Assembly (NCBI GenBank): GCA_040954595.2
Contig: CM082598.2
Span: 2,604,001 to 2,668,000 of the forward strand
Length of the DNA stretch: 64,000 nucleotides
Direction of reading: 5' to 3'
DNA from: Balanoglossus misakiensis
Taxonomy: Eukaryota; Animalia; Hemichordata
A program made the position numbers and the translations under genes. Shown here piece after piece: positions 13,912 through 26,294 of the stretch (its first letter is position 1; every line of letters starts with the position of its first letter). The notes beneath the pieces were generated by a model that was not told where the DNA came from, ran no database searches, and saw nothing but the letters and a program-made list of their open reading frames with translations.

Positions 13912-16900
13912 TCAGTTGTACATCCCGTTTATCAGGTAGTCCATCTTGGAGTAGTGTCTTCGCTGATAACCATCGTAGACTCTCTTCCCAAGCAAGACCC
14001 CTATCGCAAACACAAACAGTATACCAAAGCACATGGCTGCAACTAAGGCACCTGTAAAGTGAGATTCAACAAACAAGCATTAATTTTGACCGCTTTCACC
14101 CCCAGTTCTCGGCTGCATGCAATCTTTAAAAATCAGCAGAATTTTCCGCACCAAAAAAGTACCTGTACAAGTGAACAACATTTTCAAGAATAGTTTGCAT
14201 ATTGATGCTCTACACACCTGTTGTTGTCTGGCTGGCCATCATGTGACCGAAACTTCCTCTGGTTTCATTGTACTCTGGATATTCATCGAGTTCCGTGGAT
14301 GGATGGATTTCTGTCGCGATTTGTTCAGACTCTGCCGTCGTCTGACTCGGCTCGGTCGTGATTTCCACCTCTGCGTTCGTCTGACCTTCGGGTTGTGGTG
14401 TAGCCTGTGTTGTCGCTTGTTCTCCTGGTGTCACTGATCCTCCTTCTTCATTTACTTCTGTAGTCACTGCTTCTGAAGTTGTCTCTAGAAAGGACGAATC
14501 ATTAAGGTAGATGTCTACCTAGATGCAGTGCGTGGATAGCACATTCCATAGCCTTACATGTAGAATTTTGTGAAAACAGTATTGCCATTTTCTTGAAATT
14601 CTCACAAAAAAAAGGTTCCAAAAGAGGAGTATTATTAAATATTAAGAAACACTATGTGATAATGTCACCATGCTTGATTTTGACAAAGCTGTACGGATAT
14701 TTTCACCATAAGAAAACTATAGCATTGGGAGTGCAAGAAAACTACCGACTCAGCATTTTCACAATATTCAAGACCCCCTTAACTGAAAAAGTAGCATGCA
14801 ATTTGGGAAGATTGTGTACACTACAGGTGAAACGGTGACATAAACATTCATTGCAGACGGCGTGCATGATATTACAATGAAATACTTTTATATGCATGTT
14901 CGGGAAGCATGACTCCAAGGTACAGTGAGTAGAATAGTTACAGTGTAGAGATACATGTAGAAGTCAGTTTACCAGGGACCGTGTTAATAGCTGAGCTTGT
15001 CTGCTTGTGTTAGGCTCTGGTTAATGCGGTACATTTGTATTTATATAAATGTTATGTTTGTTATATGTAACACTATACAGGTACAATGAATACTGACACA
15101 GCCCGGTTAACTTACTTGAAGTTGTAACTGTTGGAGTAACTGTACTTTTATCAACACTTTGAGATGGAGTTGTTGAATCGACACTTTGAGATGTAGTTGT
15201 TGAAATATTTTGTAAAACTGCTGGGTTGCCCTGTTCACTTGTGACTGTGTTAGCCGTGGTAATGTTTATATCGGGCGGTGTACTGACACTGCTCGGCTCC
15301 GAATGAGATGTGCTCTGACCCGATGTTGCGTTGTGGTCAGTTTTGTACGTAACTGTCCGAGTAGTGAACACATTTGCAACAGAAGTACCGGTAGTTCGAA
15401 CTGTCGGGGTAACGCCCCGAGTTGCGTTCTGTACCACCTCTGTCATTGTCTCATTTGCAGATTCTGTTGACGTTGTGGGTTGTTGACCATTACTGACTAC
15501 TTGAGTGCTACCACCACCAACCACCGACTGTGTGGAAGTCACAGGCATGGACGTACTGGCATGCATGGTTCTACTTGTTCCTATCCCTTCACAAGTCAAA
15601 AAATATTACACCATTAAATTCCAAACAAAACCGTCAAAACAGCTATAAGGTGGTGAAATTTTCATTTAACCTGTACATACAAGTTTTTGGCTTAAAGCAG
15701 TAGAATTGAAGGTCAGATATTTGATATATGAACTACAATAAAAAGCCAATTCAACCAACGGTGAATGTGTTTGTACAGGTATTGCTTGTGGTTGAAAATT
15801 TCACTACCCGGTAATTTACAGTTTCTGTGGTTACATGCATTCAACATATTACTTATAAATGGCCTTCAAAAGGAATATACTTTGGAAAATTTCGTTCTCA
15901 TATTCCCTTGATGGGTCAATTACACTAACATTAACATGCTTCAGGGATTGCATCACAGTGGTAAAAATAACGCTATCTGCATAGAAAACAAAAGTACCTT
16001 CACTTTCAGTTTCTTCTTCGCCACCCTGTCGATAAATGTAAAAAAATTGTACAGTCAGAGATTAGCTCTGATGATGCCATCACAACCAATAAATTTTTCA
16101 CCTTGCAAGTTCCAACAATACTTACTTCCGTGCTCAAGACTGAAGTAGCAGACTCCTGCATCACTGTTGTCATGGAAACTGTGGTCTTTTCTGGGATCGG
16201 TGTCGATGTAAAACCAATTTCTGCCACCTCATCTTCGTCATCATCACTAACCATCCCTTCCTCTTTGACCTCATCTTTGTTTCGAAATTAAATAGGAGAA
16301 AAAAATCCACTTAAATTAACCTTTTTGTATTTTTTTTCAAATATGATAGTTATACACTGTTAGAAAAATTATTTTGCCACAGAATCTGTTGAGACATACC
16401 TTAACCCTCTCATCCCCAGTTCCCTCTATAGAAGTCCAACATCACAAAATAGAAAACAATGGATTTGGGTCAAACCATGATACTGAAAGGGTTAACATTA
16501 ACTCACCGTGTGTCACAATCACAGAAGTAATACCGTTTTTGTCTCTCAAAATGCAATTCTCAGGTGGATCACACAAGATTTTGTAACAGTTGTTAGTGTC
16601 ATCCCCTGGTTCATAAGTTATTGTTGTGCATAGAACTGCAATGAAAGAAAGGAATGGGGCAAAACTTGTAAAAAAGTATTTCTACTGGAATGTTTCTGAA
16701 GTCAATACATTACATGCAAGAAATGATTGATTTTCGATAATCAGATGGTTGCTATATTTTAATTTTGCTTGGTTATTATGATTTGGTTTCATCAGACTGA
16801 CATACGTACGTACATACATACATACACACACACACACATACAGACAGACAGACAGCAGATGCTGACTGATCCAATGATACACATACTATATGGGAGTCAA

Positions 16901-17137
16901 CAATATACTTGACCTACCATCTTCACAGCAACTTTGATAACACTCTTCTAGTGTTGCTACGTCAGTCGTGTTCAACAATTCAACAAAGCCTCCCAGAGCT
17001 TTTGATGATATCAAATCAATGGCTTTGTCCTCTGTGATGTTGTATGTGCACTGGCCATCCTCTTGCAGATCGCTCTTGATGCCGGCGACCAACAAAGCCA
17101 GCAGGATCCAGAATATCGTTTTGGGAAGCTCGGTCAT
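13912..17137 (-). CDS. MANSC-domain type I membrane protein with Ser/Thr-rich mucin stalk (MANSC1/C11orf24-like)
   Basis: Exons 16918-17137, 16507-16635, 16126-16274, 15998-16025 (28-nt microexon), 15116-15586, 14218-14484, 13912-14051; phases are consistent. Signal peptide MTELPKTIFWILLALLVAGIKS; Cys-rich MANSC-like domain (QC...EECYQSCCED...C...NNCYKILCDPPENC); T/S-rich stalk; TM GALVAAMCFGILFVFAIGVLLG; cytoplasmic tail KRVYDGYQRRHYSKMDYLINGMYN* carrying the family-typical DYLING motif. Confidence 0.9.
16401..16495. mobile_element. Tiny (~90 bp) piggyBac-like MITE, TTAA|CCCT...AGGG|TTAA
   Basis: Both ends are present with TTAA TSDs. An inverted related copy is at 51226-51315. Confidence 0.75.
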
Positions 17138-17480
17138 GGTTGTGATAATAAAGTGCTCTGTTGTGAAAGATAAAAAAAACGACATACAAGTGGGCCTGTC
17201 GGGACAAAAACACAGCCTGACAAATAATGTTACAATATGACGATTATATTTGGCAACAGCTTGTCTGTGTTTATTCAGCCAGTATTTGAATCAATTTACA
17301 CCATACCATTTGTACATGTATGTATACGTATATCAGACTGTATACAATCATTGGGGAAAAAACAGACAAATCTACCAGCATAAAAACTCCATCACACATA
17401 TACTGATAAATATTCAGCAACCTTGCACAGTTGTGTTAACTTTATTTGAAAATGAATATGATTCTTATTTTGTCACTTTA

Positions 17481-17520
17481 CTCTATGCATGGAGGTACTA
17501 GAGTACCTCCATGCTCTATG
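17481..17520. mobile_element. 26-bp perfect palindrome flanked by a 7-bp direct repeat (minimal MITE or transposon remnant)
   Basis: CTCTATG | CATGGAGGTACT AG AGTACCTCCATG | CTCTATG. Confidence 0.65.
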
Positions 17521-18044
17521 CAACTGGGCTACTGTCACACGTTGTCTTGGATACCTTTCATAGAGACGATTTTAATCTCTGGTTCTCTCATTAGTTGTTG
17601 TTGACAATGCAATGTTTTATAAGGGTAATCCAGTTGGTTTTTTTAATCTGCTGTAAAAACGGCGTCCTCTGTACATGTCCCTCAAAAAATGCCCCAGTCT
17701 ACCACGTCAGCACCTCGTATACGTTGCATGTCAACAATGTACTGTTTTGTCCTCAAACTATCAGCGCTGGAATGGACATTTGTGTGATATGACCTGAAGT
17801 TTCACATCCTCGGCGTGTGACTGAACATAACGCATTTCATGGCCCTGGTAACAGTGGTAACTAAGGGGTATGCATATGCACGGACTACAAAAAATTTTAA
17901 CACACAAAATGTAATGTTGACCCTCGCAGGGTCATTGATGCCATGATGGAATGAGACTCACGGCCGCGACACTACGTTTATCATGTAAACCTGTTTCTAT
18001 TACCTCACGTTACACCACCACATTTATAATAAAAGTTCTACTTA

Positions 18045-18202
18045 CCTGAACTGGATGAAACAAAACCTTAGACAACGAAAAAAAATAAATACTTGTTTCA
18101 GGAAGTTGACTCCACACTCTTTTACGACAGCGCCATATTAGCTTATTTGCATATATGACGTGTGCTTTTCGCTTCCGGAAGTCTAAGGTCACAGAGAGGT
18201 CA
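18045..18202 (-). promoter_or_regulatory. Non-coding first exon and promoter of the MANSC-domain gene
   Basis: Minus-strand donor CAG|GTAAG at about 18045. Upstream lie YY1-like CGCCATATT (~18131), octamer ATTTGCAT (~18145), ETS-like CTTCCGGAAG (~18172) and AGGTCA-N5-AGGTCA (18186-18202). Confidence 0.55.
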
Positions 18203-19453
18203 AGCAGCTAGACTGGTCAGAAAAGTAAAAATATACCACTGTATTAACAAATGTAAATATTATATATGCAATTATTGAATCGTGAATTGGCTCTTGGTCT
18301 CACCGACACAGCAAATAACATGAAATCCGCGTTTTAATTTCAAATATGCTCGTGAACCGAATGACATTGTGATACAACAGAAAACCTATGGTGATTGAAC
18401 GCCAGCGCAAGAATCTGTGTTTTACAGAAAGTTTCACATTATTTTTATTTTGTATACCAGTTACCAGAGCGTGGAAAACATACAATATCTTTACCCTAAT
18501 ATGCGTTTGTGGACCCCAGGCAAAACATTGGTGGCACAACCTGTTTCCCAGACGTTCATACTGTAGTAATAATCTTTTTACTACATTTTTAACGGAAGTT
18601 TCACAATGCAACTGGATTTTCGGATTTCCTCAGCAGCCAATAACCGACAATTTATGTAGGCATCACCTGCTGACAGGGTGACAGGTCACGTCGTTATAAA
18701 TGCGCAACTGCTAAAGGATCAACACGCAGCGATATCCAGCAATACCTGGTACCTTAAATTCTATCATATCGTATCCGTGTTTGTGTTCGGTTTTACGCTT
18801 GAATTTCCGGTTTATTTCCAGGGTATATCAATCAAAATCCGTTTGGCCTAGATTCATATTAAATTATGGGCCGTGAAAAGAGGGAGGGAGGGAGAGAGAG
18901 AGAGAGATTACGAGGAAGAGAGCCTTGACCTTGCGCATATCAACTCATCGATGGAACTAACCAGTTTCACTTCACTCAGAATTTTATTCTCATACCTCTT
19001 ATTTTCCAGATAAATTTATCAAAACTCGTAATATACAAAATCAAAAACATTTATAAACAAATTAAACAGTAAAAATGTAAAATATCGTACACGTTTACAA
19101 CACATTACAGCCATAAATTTATGTCTTCTGGTCTTTGTAAATTGTTGGATCATCTTAAATCTTCACATAGCCATTTCTTGTATTTTGTATTTGAAAAAAA
19201 AAACGTTTAGTGTACTCAAGTATTGTCTTACGCAGTTCAAGGAGAATTTTGGACGGATCTGTTCGATTATAATGTGCATTGTGGGTAGAACCTTTGGGGA
19301 AAGGGGAAGGGGTTCGATATTGTCCACCAGTTCTGGCCAGGAAAATTGTTCCAGGGAGAAAATTGGTGGATTCAAACGTTTCCCGAAGTTACAGACAAGT
19401 TCCCAAGTGTAAATAGGTTCGTCGTTTCGGTGGTGTAGAGGGTGACGACGTCG

Positions 19454-20656
19454 TCATTTCGGCGTTGTTTCTGTCGGGCTGCTGACGGGCGCGTTCGAGT
19501 CGTACTCGCGCACCTCATTGCTGACGCTGAACCTGACGGAACGCTTTTTCCCGTTGGCGACGTCGCTGCCCGTCGAGGCTCTAGCGCCGTTTCTCGTGGA
19601 GTTTCTGATCTGCAACGAAAGCAGGTCGCTCATTGTCAACTTCGTGCCGGTGGGAGGGACTCTGGCTTTCGAAGTTTTGTCATCTCCGGACGGCAATCTC
19701 GGCGAAGAGCTATCGGTTTTCACACTTTCTGAACGACTTTTTGTCCCGTTATTTCTCCTGTCAACACCATCAGACGACATCTGTTCTCGCGTTTTGCTAT
19801 TTTCTTCCATCTTTATTCGGGACAAGCTATCTGCTTCTGTCATCGGCCTGACGGAATTCGAAAGTCCTCCATTTTTCTTTCTTTCCTCTCTTCCAACAGA
19901 AGCGGGTCTGAAATTTTTCCTAAGTGGACGCCCAAACCATTTAGCGTTTATCTCGTAAAATTCTTCTAAATTAGCCTTTCTGGATGTCTTGAAGCTCTCC
20001 ATAGCTTCCTCCAGATCTCTTAGTTTCACTTTGGCGGCTGTACGACGGTGGCCGTTTGTGTGAGGTCTGTTTATGTTTGGCAATGATATTGTCATCATGT
20101 TATTCGCGGTACGGACTGCGTCGAGCGCTACCGAGTCTTCGTCATTTGCATAATAGTTTTTCACCTGGTTATTCACGAGCATGTCGCGCAATTTGACGAT
20201 TTCTGTGTTGATTTTCAAGTCCTCGCTGGCGTCCAGAATCTGCTGCTTTTCGCCGTCGGTTAACCCTTCCAACTGCGACGGCGTGTAGACCAGTCTCTGC
20301 TTGGCGCTCCGTGCCGTCCCCAGCGGCCTCGGCAACTTGGCGTTCGTTCTCCCCACCACCGCGATTGTCGTGTCGCCGCCGACGATGGTTTTCCGCTCCC
20401 GTTTCTGGCCGGCGGGCGGTGGCGATTTCTTCGCTCCGCCGGTGAGCGTCGTCGGCGAAGACGACGTCAGTTTTGGCAGCGGGTTTGGCCTCACCGGCTT
20501 CAGGGGGTCGGACTTCTCTGTCGATCTGTAGAAACTCAAATCCGGCCCCCGTACGAATCGACCATACGGGACGGGTGACCGATGCATGATCGCGTTATCT
20601 TCGTCATAGGAAGAACCGCCTGGTAGAATTTCCAGTTCAGGATTAGAGAGCCTCAT
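19454..20656 (-). CDS. Uncharacterised 400-aa protein, single coding exon, basic and likely largely disordered, with a C-terminal RVxF-type motif
   Basis: 1.2-kb uninterrupted ATG-initiated ORF, GC/CpG-rich with coding-like composition. A probable 5'UTR intron has its acceptor near 20935 and donor near 24864. No family recognised. Confidence 0.75.
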   Translation of the reverse strand: MRLSNPELEILPGGSSYDEDNAIMHRSPVPYGRFVRGPDLSFYRSTEKSDPLKPVRPNPLPKLTSSSPTTLTGGAKKSPPPAGQKRERKTIVGGDTTIAVVGRTNAKLPRPLGTARSAKQRLVYTPSQLEGLTDGEKQQILDASEDLKINTEIVKLRDMLVNNQVKNYYANDEDSVALDAVRTANNMMTISLPNINRPHTNGHRRTAAKVKLRDLEEAMESFKTSRKANLEEFYEINAKWFGRPLRKNFRPASVGREERKKNGGLSNSVRPMTEADSLSRIKMEENSKTREQMSSDGVDRRNNGTKSRSESVKTDSSSPRLPSGDDKTSKARVPPTGTKLTMSDLLSLQIRNSTRNGARASTGSDVANGKKRSVRFSVSNEVREYDSNAPVSSPTETTPK

Positions 20657-21886
20657 TCTCTCAGATTTCCTAAAAAATCACATCGACATTCAAAGTCAAG
20701 ATATAAAATAAGCATGTCTTTTTCACTCCACGCGAGAGTACACCATCTGTTCAGTTTGTTGTAGTACAATTTCCTGCGTGGAGTGACTGCTCCGTTGCTT
20801 CTTTTAGAAACGCATGAAAGAGTCTCCTTGACAACCGGTCAGGTATCGATCCGCCATTTTGAATTCTGATACCACTCAAAACGATATATTAGTCGTGAGC
20901 CGTAACAGAGTGTGTAATTATCTACCACATTCACCTGAAAATTAAAAGGAAAAAATACGAATCATTAAAATGGAGATAAAATAGATTTATATTTCTCAAC
21001 TTGTCCTTCTGGTGTGTTCGTTTTGAAGCACAACTCTGAACAGAGTTGAAACGCAGATATTTGCAAACGTGGAAATGTCCCAGCTAAAGTAAAGTCGACA
21101 CAAATGCGTGCAGTGGAACCGTGAGTTCTTTGCAAACACATTAGCGTGGAAAAATCAATTAAATCTAACGCATGATATTTTCATCGTGGTAATGGTGAGA
21201 CGCCCGTGGCTGTTTGAACCGCTAACATTTGCTGTTAAGTAGTTTGGGGCCATAGGCCCTAAACACAACTTGAAACAAAAATCAGGAGTAGCCTACTCTA
21301 CTGTTATTTTAAATATTAAAATAATAAGTAAGATATCGGTTATTAAATATCATAAATATTTTACGCTGGTTTCGTGAAAAATAGTTTATGATAATGAGTT
21401 TTGTAGAATGCTGACACAAAATTCATCAGGTATTTTTTTGTCTCTCAAATATTTCGGGCATATGGAGAGAATGGGTAGAACGCTAATGACTGGAATTCAA
21501 ACACGTTTCAATGAGACGAATAAATTCCTAAATTCCCGTCTGAACTAAAATTAACTAAATCAATGGACAATTTTTGTCAGCATTAAACACCACGTGAGTT
21601 TGATACATAGAGGATGAGTCTGTCGTCCAACTCCTACAAGTCGTCACGTGGGTAAATATATTCCGTCTACCTGCGGATCACTCTGTTTGTTGGTTAAAGA
21701 GGACCCGGTTCAAAGTTTACATAATAATGAACGCATCTGCATTAATCAAGTGCGGCCGAGTCAATGACTAGATCCCACTCCGCTGTTACTCAAAACCTGA
21801 CTCGGCCTACTTCAAATGCCTTCTTCAAACATGGCGTCTTTGCGCGTCACTTCTCGTCCAGCGCCCGAGTAAACAACCCCGATATC

Positions 21887-21911
21887 GGGGGGGGGGGGGG
21901 GGGGGGGGGGG
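21887..21911. repeat. Poly-G tract (25 nt)
   Basis: Directly visible. Confidence 0.95.
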
Positions 21912-24900
21912 CAGCAGTCACTATTCGACGGCATTTCACGACCTACTTGAGAAATACCTAGGAAGCTGCGAAATCCACCGCAACAGTGTGATTGAAAAGC
22001 AAAATTTCATAAAGCAATCTAATCAATGACGTATATTACTGTGGCGTTAAACTCATTACCACAGGTGGGGAAAATTAGTCATTTCAATTTTGGTTCTGTG
22101 TTCTGTATTACTATTAAGCACTATTGGAGATAATAAAATGCCAAACCTCGTTCACATAAAAAGAAATAAGTGATACCGACATTATTTTGAGAGTTAGTAT
22201 TCTTCCTTGACGATGCAATCATTCCGAATCAAGAAAAACTTAATGATAAAATGGCTACAGCAAGAAATTGATCTGGTTGCAGTTGAGAGCGGAAAAAACA
22301 TGTTTTTATTTGACAACAACAGGAAAAATCTTATGGTTTCATATTCTGGTTGTTGGGATATTTTGAGACATAAGGGCATGTGGCCTCTTCGGCACTGCCA
22401 TGGAAACGCCAGAGTGCGTGTCCATGGCAACGACGCTGTCACAAACTTGACGATGTCGACGATGGTCCGTCAAAACAACATAGCCGTACTACTTGACTGG
22501 TTGCCCACAGATTAAGCCAACAGACACGCGTATGTCGACGCAAAAACAACAAAAACCATGCAACGTGGCGATTTGCGCGACGTTGCCCGGCCTCTCCAGG
22601 TATGCCGGCGCAAGAATGACCACTTGATGGCTCGAGCCGTGGTATTATCAGTGACCCCTGACCTCTGTGGCCACAGCAATTTCACATACATTCGGCCGGA
22701 GTTGCTCACCATGACAAAATGGCGATTTTGTGTTCTTACGGAATCGAACCATTTACAGACCGAAGACTCCAATATGCCAATTGCAGATCAGTCGTTGCTA
22801 AGCCTTGCTATAAAGGGTAATGCATGAACCATTCGTTTCTTGTTAAATTGTATCAGCCCTGCGCTTCTACTTGACAGATGAATCACACTCGAGTACTCTG
22901 CTTTGTCGTGTGATTTTACTGTAAACTCATTGAAATAAATGGTTTTCTTACTTCCCCGCAGAATGAAACTGTCGTTCCGTCGTTTATTTCAATTTCGGCG
23001 CATGGGTACTGGCAAATGGACGTGATTAGGTTGAGGCAGATATAGATTGATGATACGCCTCGAGGTTTTAAAGTGAAACACTGTGTCGCGAATTTGTGCA
23101 AAAAATGACCAACAGTGAACATTCGGGCAGTCATTGCTTATGTACATGTATAGGCCTAACCCGGCGAGTTTTACAGATCTATAACTATATCCCAAATTTC
23201 CCAAACTGAAGTAAAATTTTCTCAGTACATAAGCTGATAGGCGTTTCATTTGCTACGTAAGATAAAGATTACCTATCAAACGCGTGGGTTTGCGTGGTGG
23301 GGACAATGGCAATCCCTGTAACAAGAATATTGACACATTGGACAGATATCCAAGCGACAATCGAGTCCGTCTGAACAATAAAAAATATTAATTAATAAGG
23401 TTTACAGTAATTTCGAGGTTCTACATACCACCGAAAAGAGGCAGGCTGTGTTACCAGACGACAGGCGGACCAAACCCGTTCCCGAACTTGACGATTTGAG
23501 ATGGACGGTTTGGGAGCGACCACTTCGAGAGGCAAGCACACACGAAGTGAACTTTAGACCAATTTCAACAAGGGCCCTATCGACTGGCCAAATAAACTGA
23601 TGATTTAATAGGCGCGGCAATCTCGCCGTATTTGCTCTGAGAAAAGTAATCGTATTAGTGGGATTAAGAATTAATAAAGTCTACCTCAGCAGGAGAGCGG
23701 GTCTGTTTTAATATTGTCTTGTAGCCGAGTTGCAATGCGCATGCACGAAAATTGGTCTCGTTCTCGCCCGACAGGTGATGTCGGCCGCTAGGATGCGAGT
23801 GTCGGAATATCACACAAAATGGCGCTCTACATGCCGCGACTCGACAATTTGTCACCAGGGCAACCATAAAACCACTGATGCGGGATAATTTCTAATAAAT
23901 TAACCCTGATGATTTATACTGAGCGATACCTTATGACCCAAGCAGAGTCATATATTCTGGATGTCGAAATTTGCATTTTAGTCACCATGCACCTGTTGCA
24001 TTTGGCAATCTGGTTTCAAGAAATAATATTCGTTTTGTTAACGGCGAACATTTTCACGTGTTAATGGACCAGGCCATTTCTTACTGTACTGACAACTACT
24101 ATTTCACCATGTAATTTTCGTAATGAACAATTCACCACTTGAATAACACTACTCGTCACGGTGGACATGTTTGCGGGAAAATGACAGCTCGCTTTCTTCC
24201 AGTTTTGTTCTCCTGAGTGCGTTGAACAATATGTACACACAGTCTTAAAAGGCACTATAGGTGCATTGTTCGCGCTGCCAAAACAAATATTGCCAAATAA
24301 TACCCACAAATGCCCGTCGAAATCTCTACAAACGCGCACATTTTGTGGTTGCGTATAACAACTATACCGTCTGGCAAATTAGAGCGTATATCACGCGTGT
24401 TTGGATATTTGCCCCAGACAAAAGCGACCGCTTAATGAACGAAATAACCCCGCCAGGCAGTAACTGTAAACGGCCACAATGGCGGGGAATAATAAAATCT
24501 ATAAAACGAAATGAATGGTTGGTTTTATCGTCATATTACACCCAACGGGCGTTTCCGTGAGTACAGCAAAGTACAAGGCTAGAACATAAAGACAATTTGA
24601 CGAACTGAAGGTAATCTTTAGTGTTGGTCTTAAAAGCGTTTCAGGACCAATCAACCCGGTTTCGAACGATGTTTACTTCGAAGAAGGTTTACAGAGATGA
24701 TGATGACGATGACGTCGACGAGGAACAGCGCCGTTCTCTCTCTCTCTCTCTAACATATATAATACCAACTGTCCAACACAACCAAAAGACAAGCCTATCG
24801 ATGAATAAAATAGCACGAATGAAAGTTGAAAATACAGGATTAAATCACCAAACGAGAAACTCACCTTTCGTCCGTTTTTCCCCAGCGTTCCATACCAGCA

Positions 24901-26294
24901 AAGCGAAGTCCAACCGAGCGTCCGAACGCACTTCGACGATATGAGTCAAAACCACGGAAAAGGCAGGGCAACCGCGCAGTCTGTAATCATTTCTTATAAT
25001 CCCCCATGTTTTTCAAACGCCGACTTTGTACTTTAATTTTCGTCCATTATATAACGGTGAACAGTTAATACCTCGGCGCCAGTTTACATATAGACGTCTT
25101 GTTTGCACCGGGACGTCACCGTTCAAGTTCCGAGCACAGGCATGTTCAATTCCCTCTCTCGTGTCTTCTGTTCTTTCCACGGCCAATGTGTTTAACTGCG
25201 CGAGTTCGCGTGTTTATTCTACTCTAGGGGCTGTAAGCTCCTTTCTTTAGACGGGAATCTTTTGTGTGAAGGCACACACACGATTTGCGTCCCGTTATTC
25301 TGTCATCCGCTATCACATCCTTGACTGCGACCGGCTTTTTTTCTCGTGAGAGGCGACGGAAGCCGTCAAATAAGCCTATAACTCGTCGCCTTTCCACGAC
25401 GCCCACCCCTAATGACAAAATGGTACGTCGGGAATGGATGTGGTTAACGTTGTTGGCCAGTTGCTACGAGCTTTTCTTCTCACACACAATCGGGGTCAGA
25501 ATTTTCAAAAAGGAAATCGGCACTCAGAATTGTGTTAGCCTTGTACCGCTATTTATAAAACGGACAGTTGATAACATTTTTTGGGGCCGTCTAATTGTCT
25601 GTCTCAAAAGACTTCTTGTTGAGAAGTAACAACAGTTCACCCCCAGGCGGGGAACCTTTGAATATTTCGAGGTGCGAATTCGTCACCCCTATTTTCTAAC
25701 CAATTAAGCCGAGAAATCCGCTACGGTGATACTTGACACGATTAAAGAAGGGACTTTGTATTTGTTCTCGAGGAGCTGTCACTTGACAATGTCTTTGTCT
25801 GCCTTTTTAACGCTATCTTTTGTCTACAGGCACATAAACAAAGGCGTTCTGAACAATGAGACTTGAAAAGACACTTTTGTCTTCAGGACGTTACATTTCG
25901 GTCAACGACTTAGAGGGCGCTTCACTGGTGAATTTCAAGTCGACGAACCTTGTCCGGTCACGTGTCATTTTGCTTTGAATGTACGATGTACTGTACGGAG
26001 ACTAGGACGATGGCAGGCTTTTTGGCGGCTGGTGAATTGACGAGTTCACAATATAAAATTGAGTTGGTCGTTTATTTGCTTCGTTGGTACAATATATAAA
26101 ACAACAAAGTACGTGTACACGTGTTAAAATTTGCTTGAACAATATACTATGTCATAATTAAAACAACAAAGTACATCTAAGTTTAAAATGACTGTAGGCC
26201 CAAGCACCCAAGTCAAGTTCTATAGACATTATGCAGCCAAAATGTCACATGACCTGAAGGGACAGTTTAAAATATATAATACTGGTTTAAAAGA

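Noticed and set aside
15713-15735. AGATATTTGATATAT resembling miR-190
   Set aside because: Seed differs from AGATATGTTTGATAT and no complementary arm is visible.
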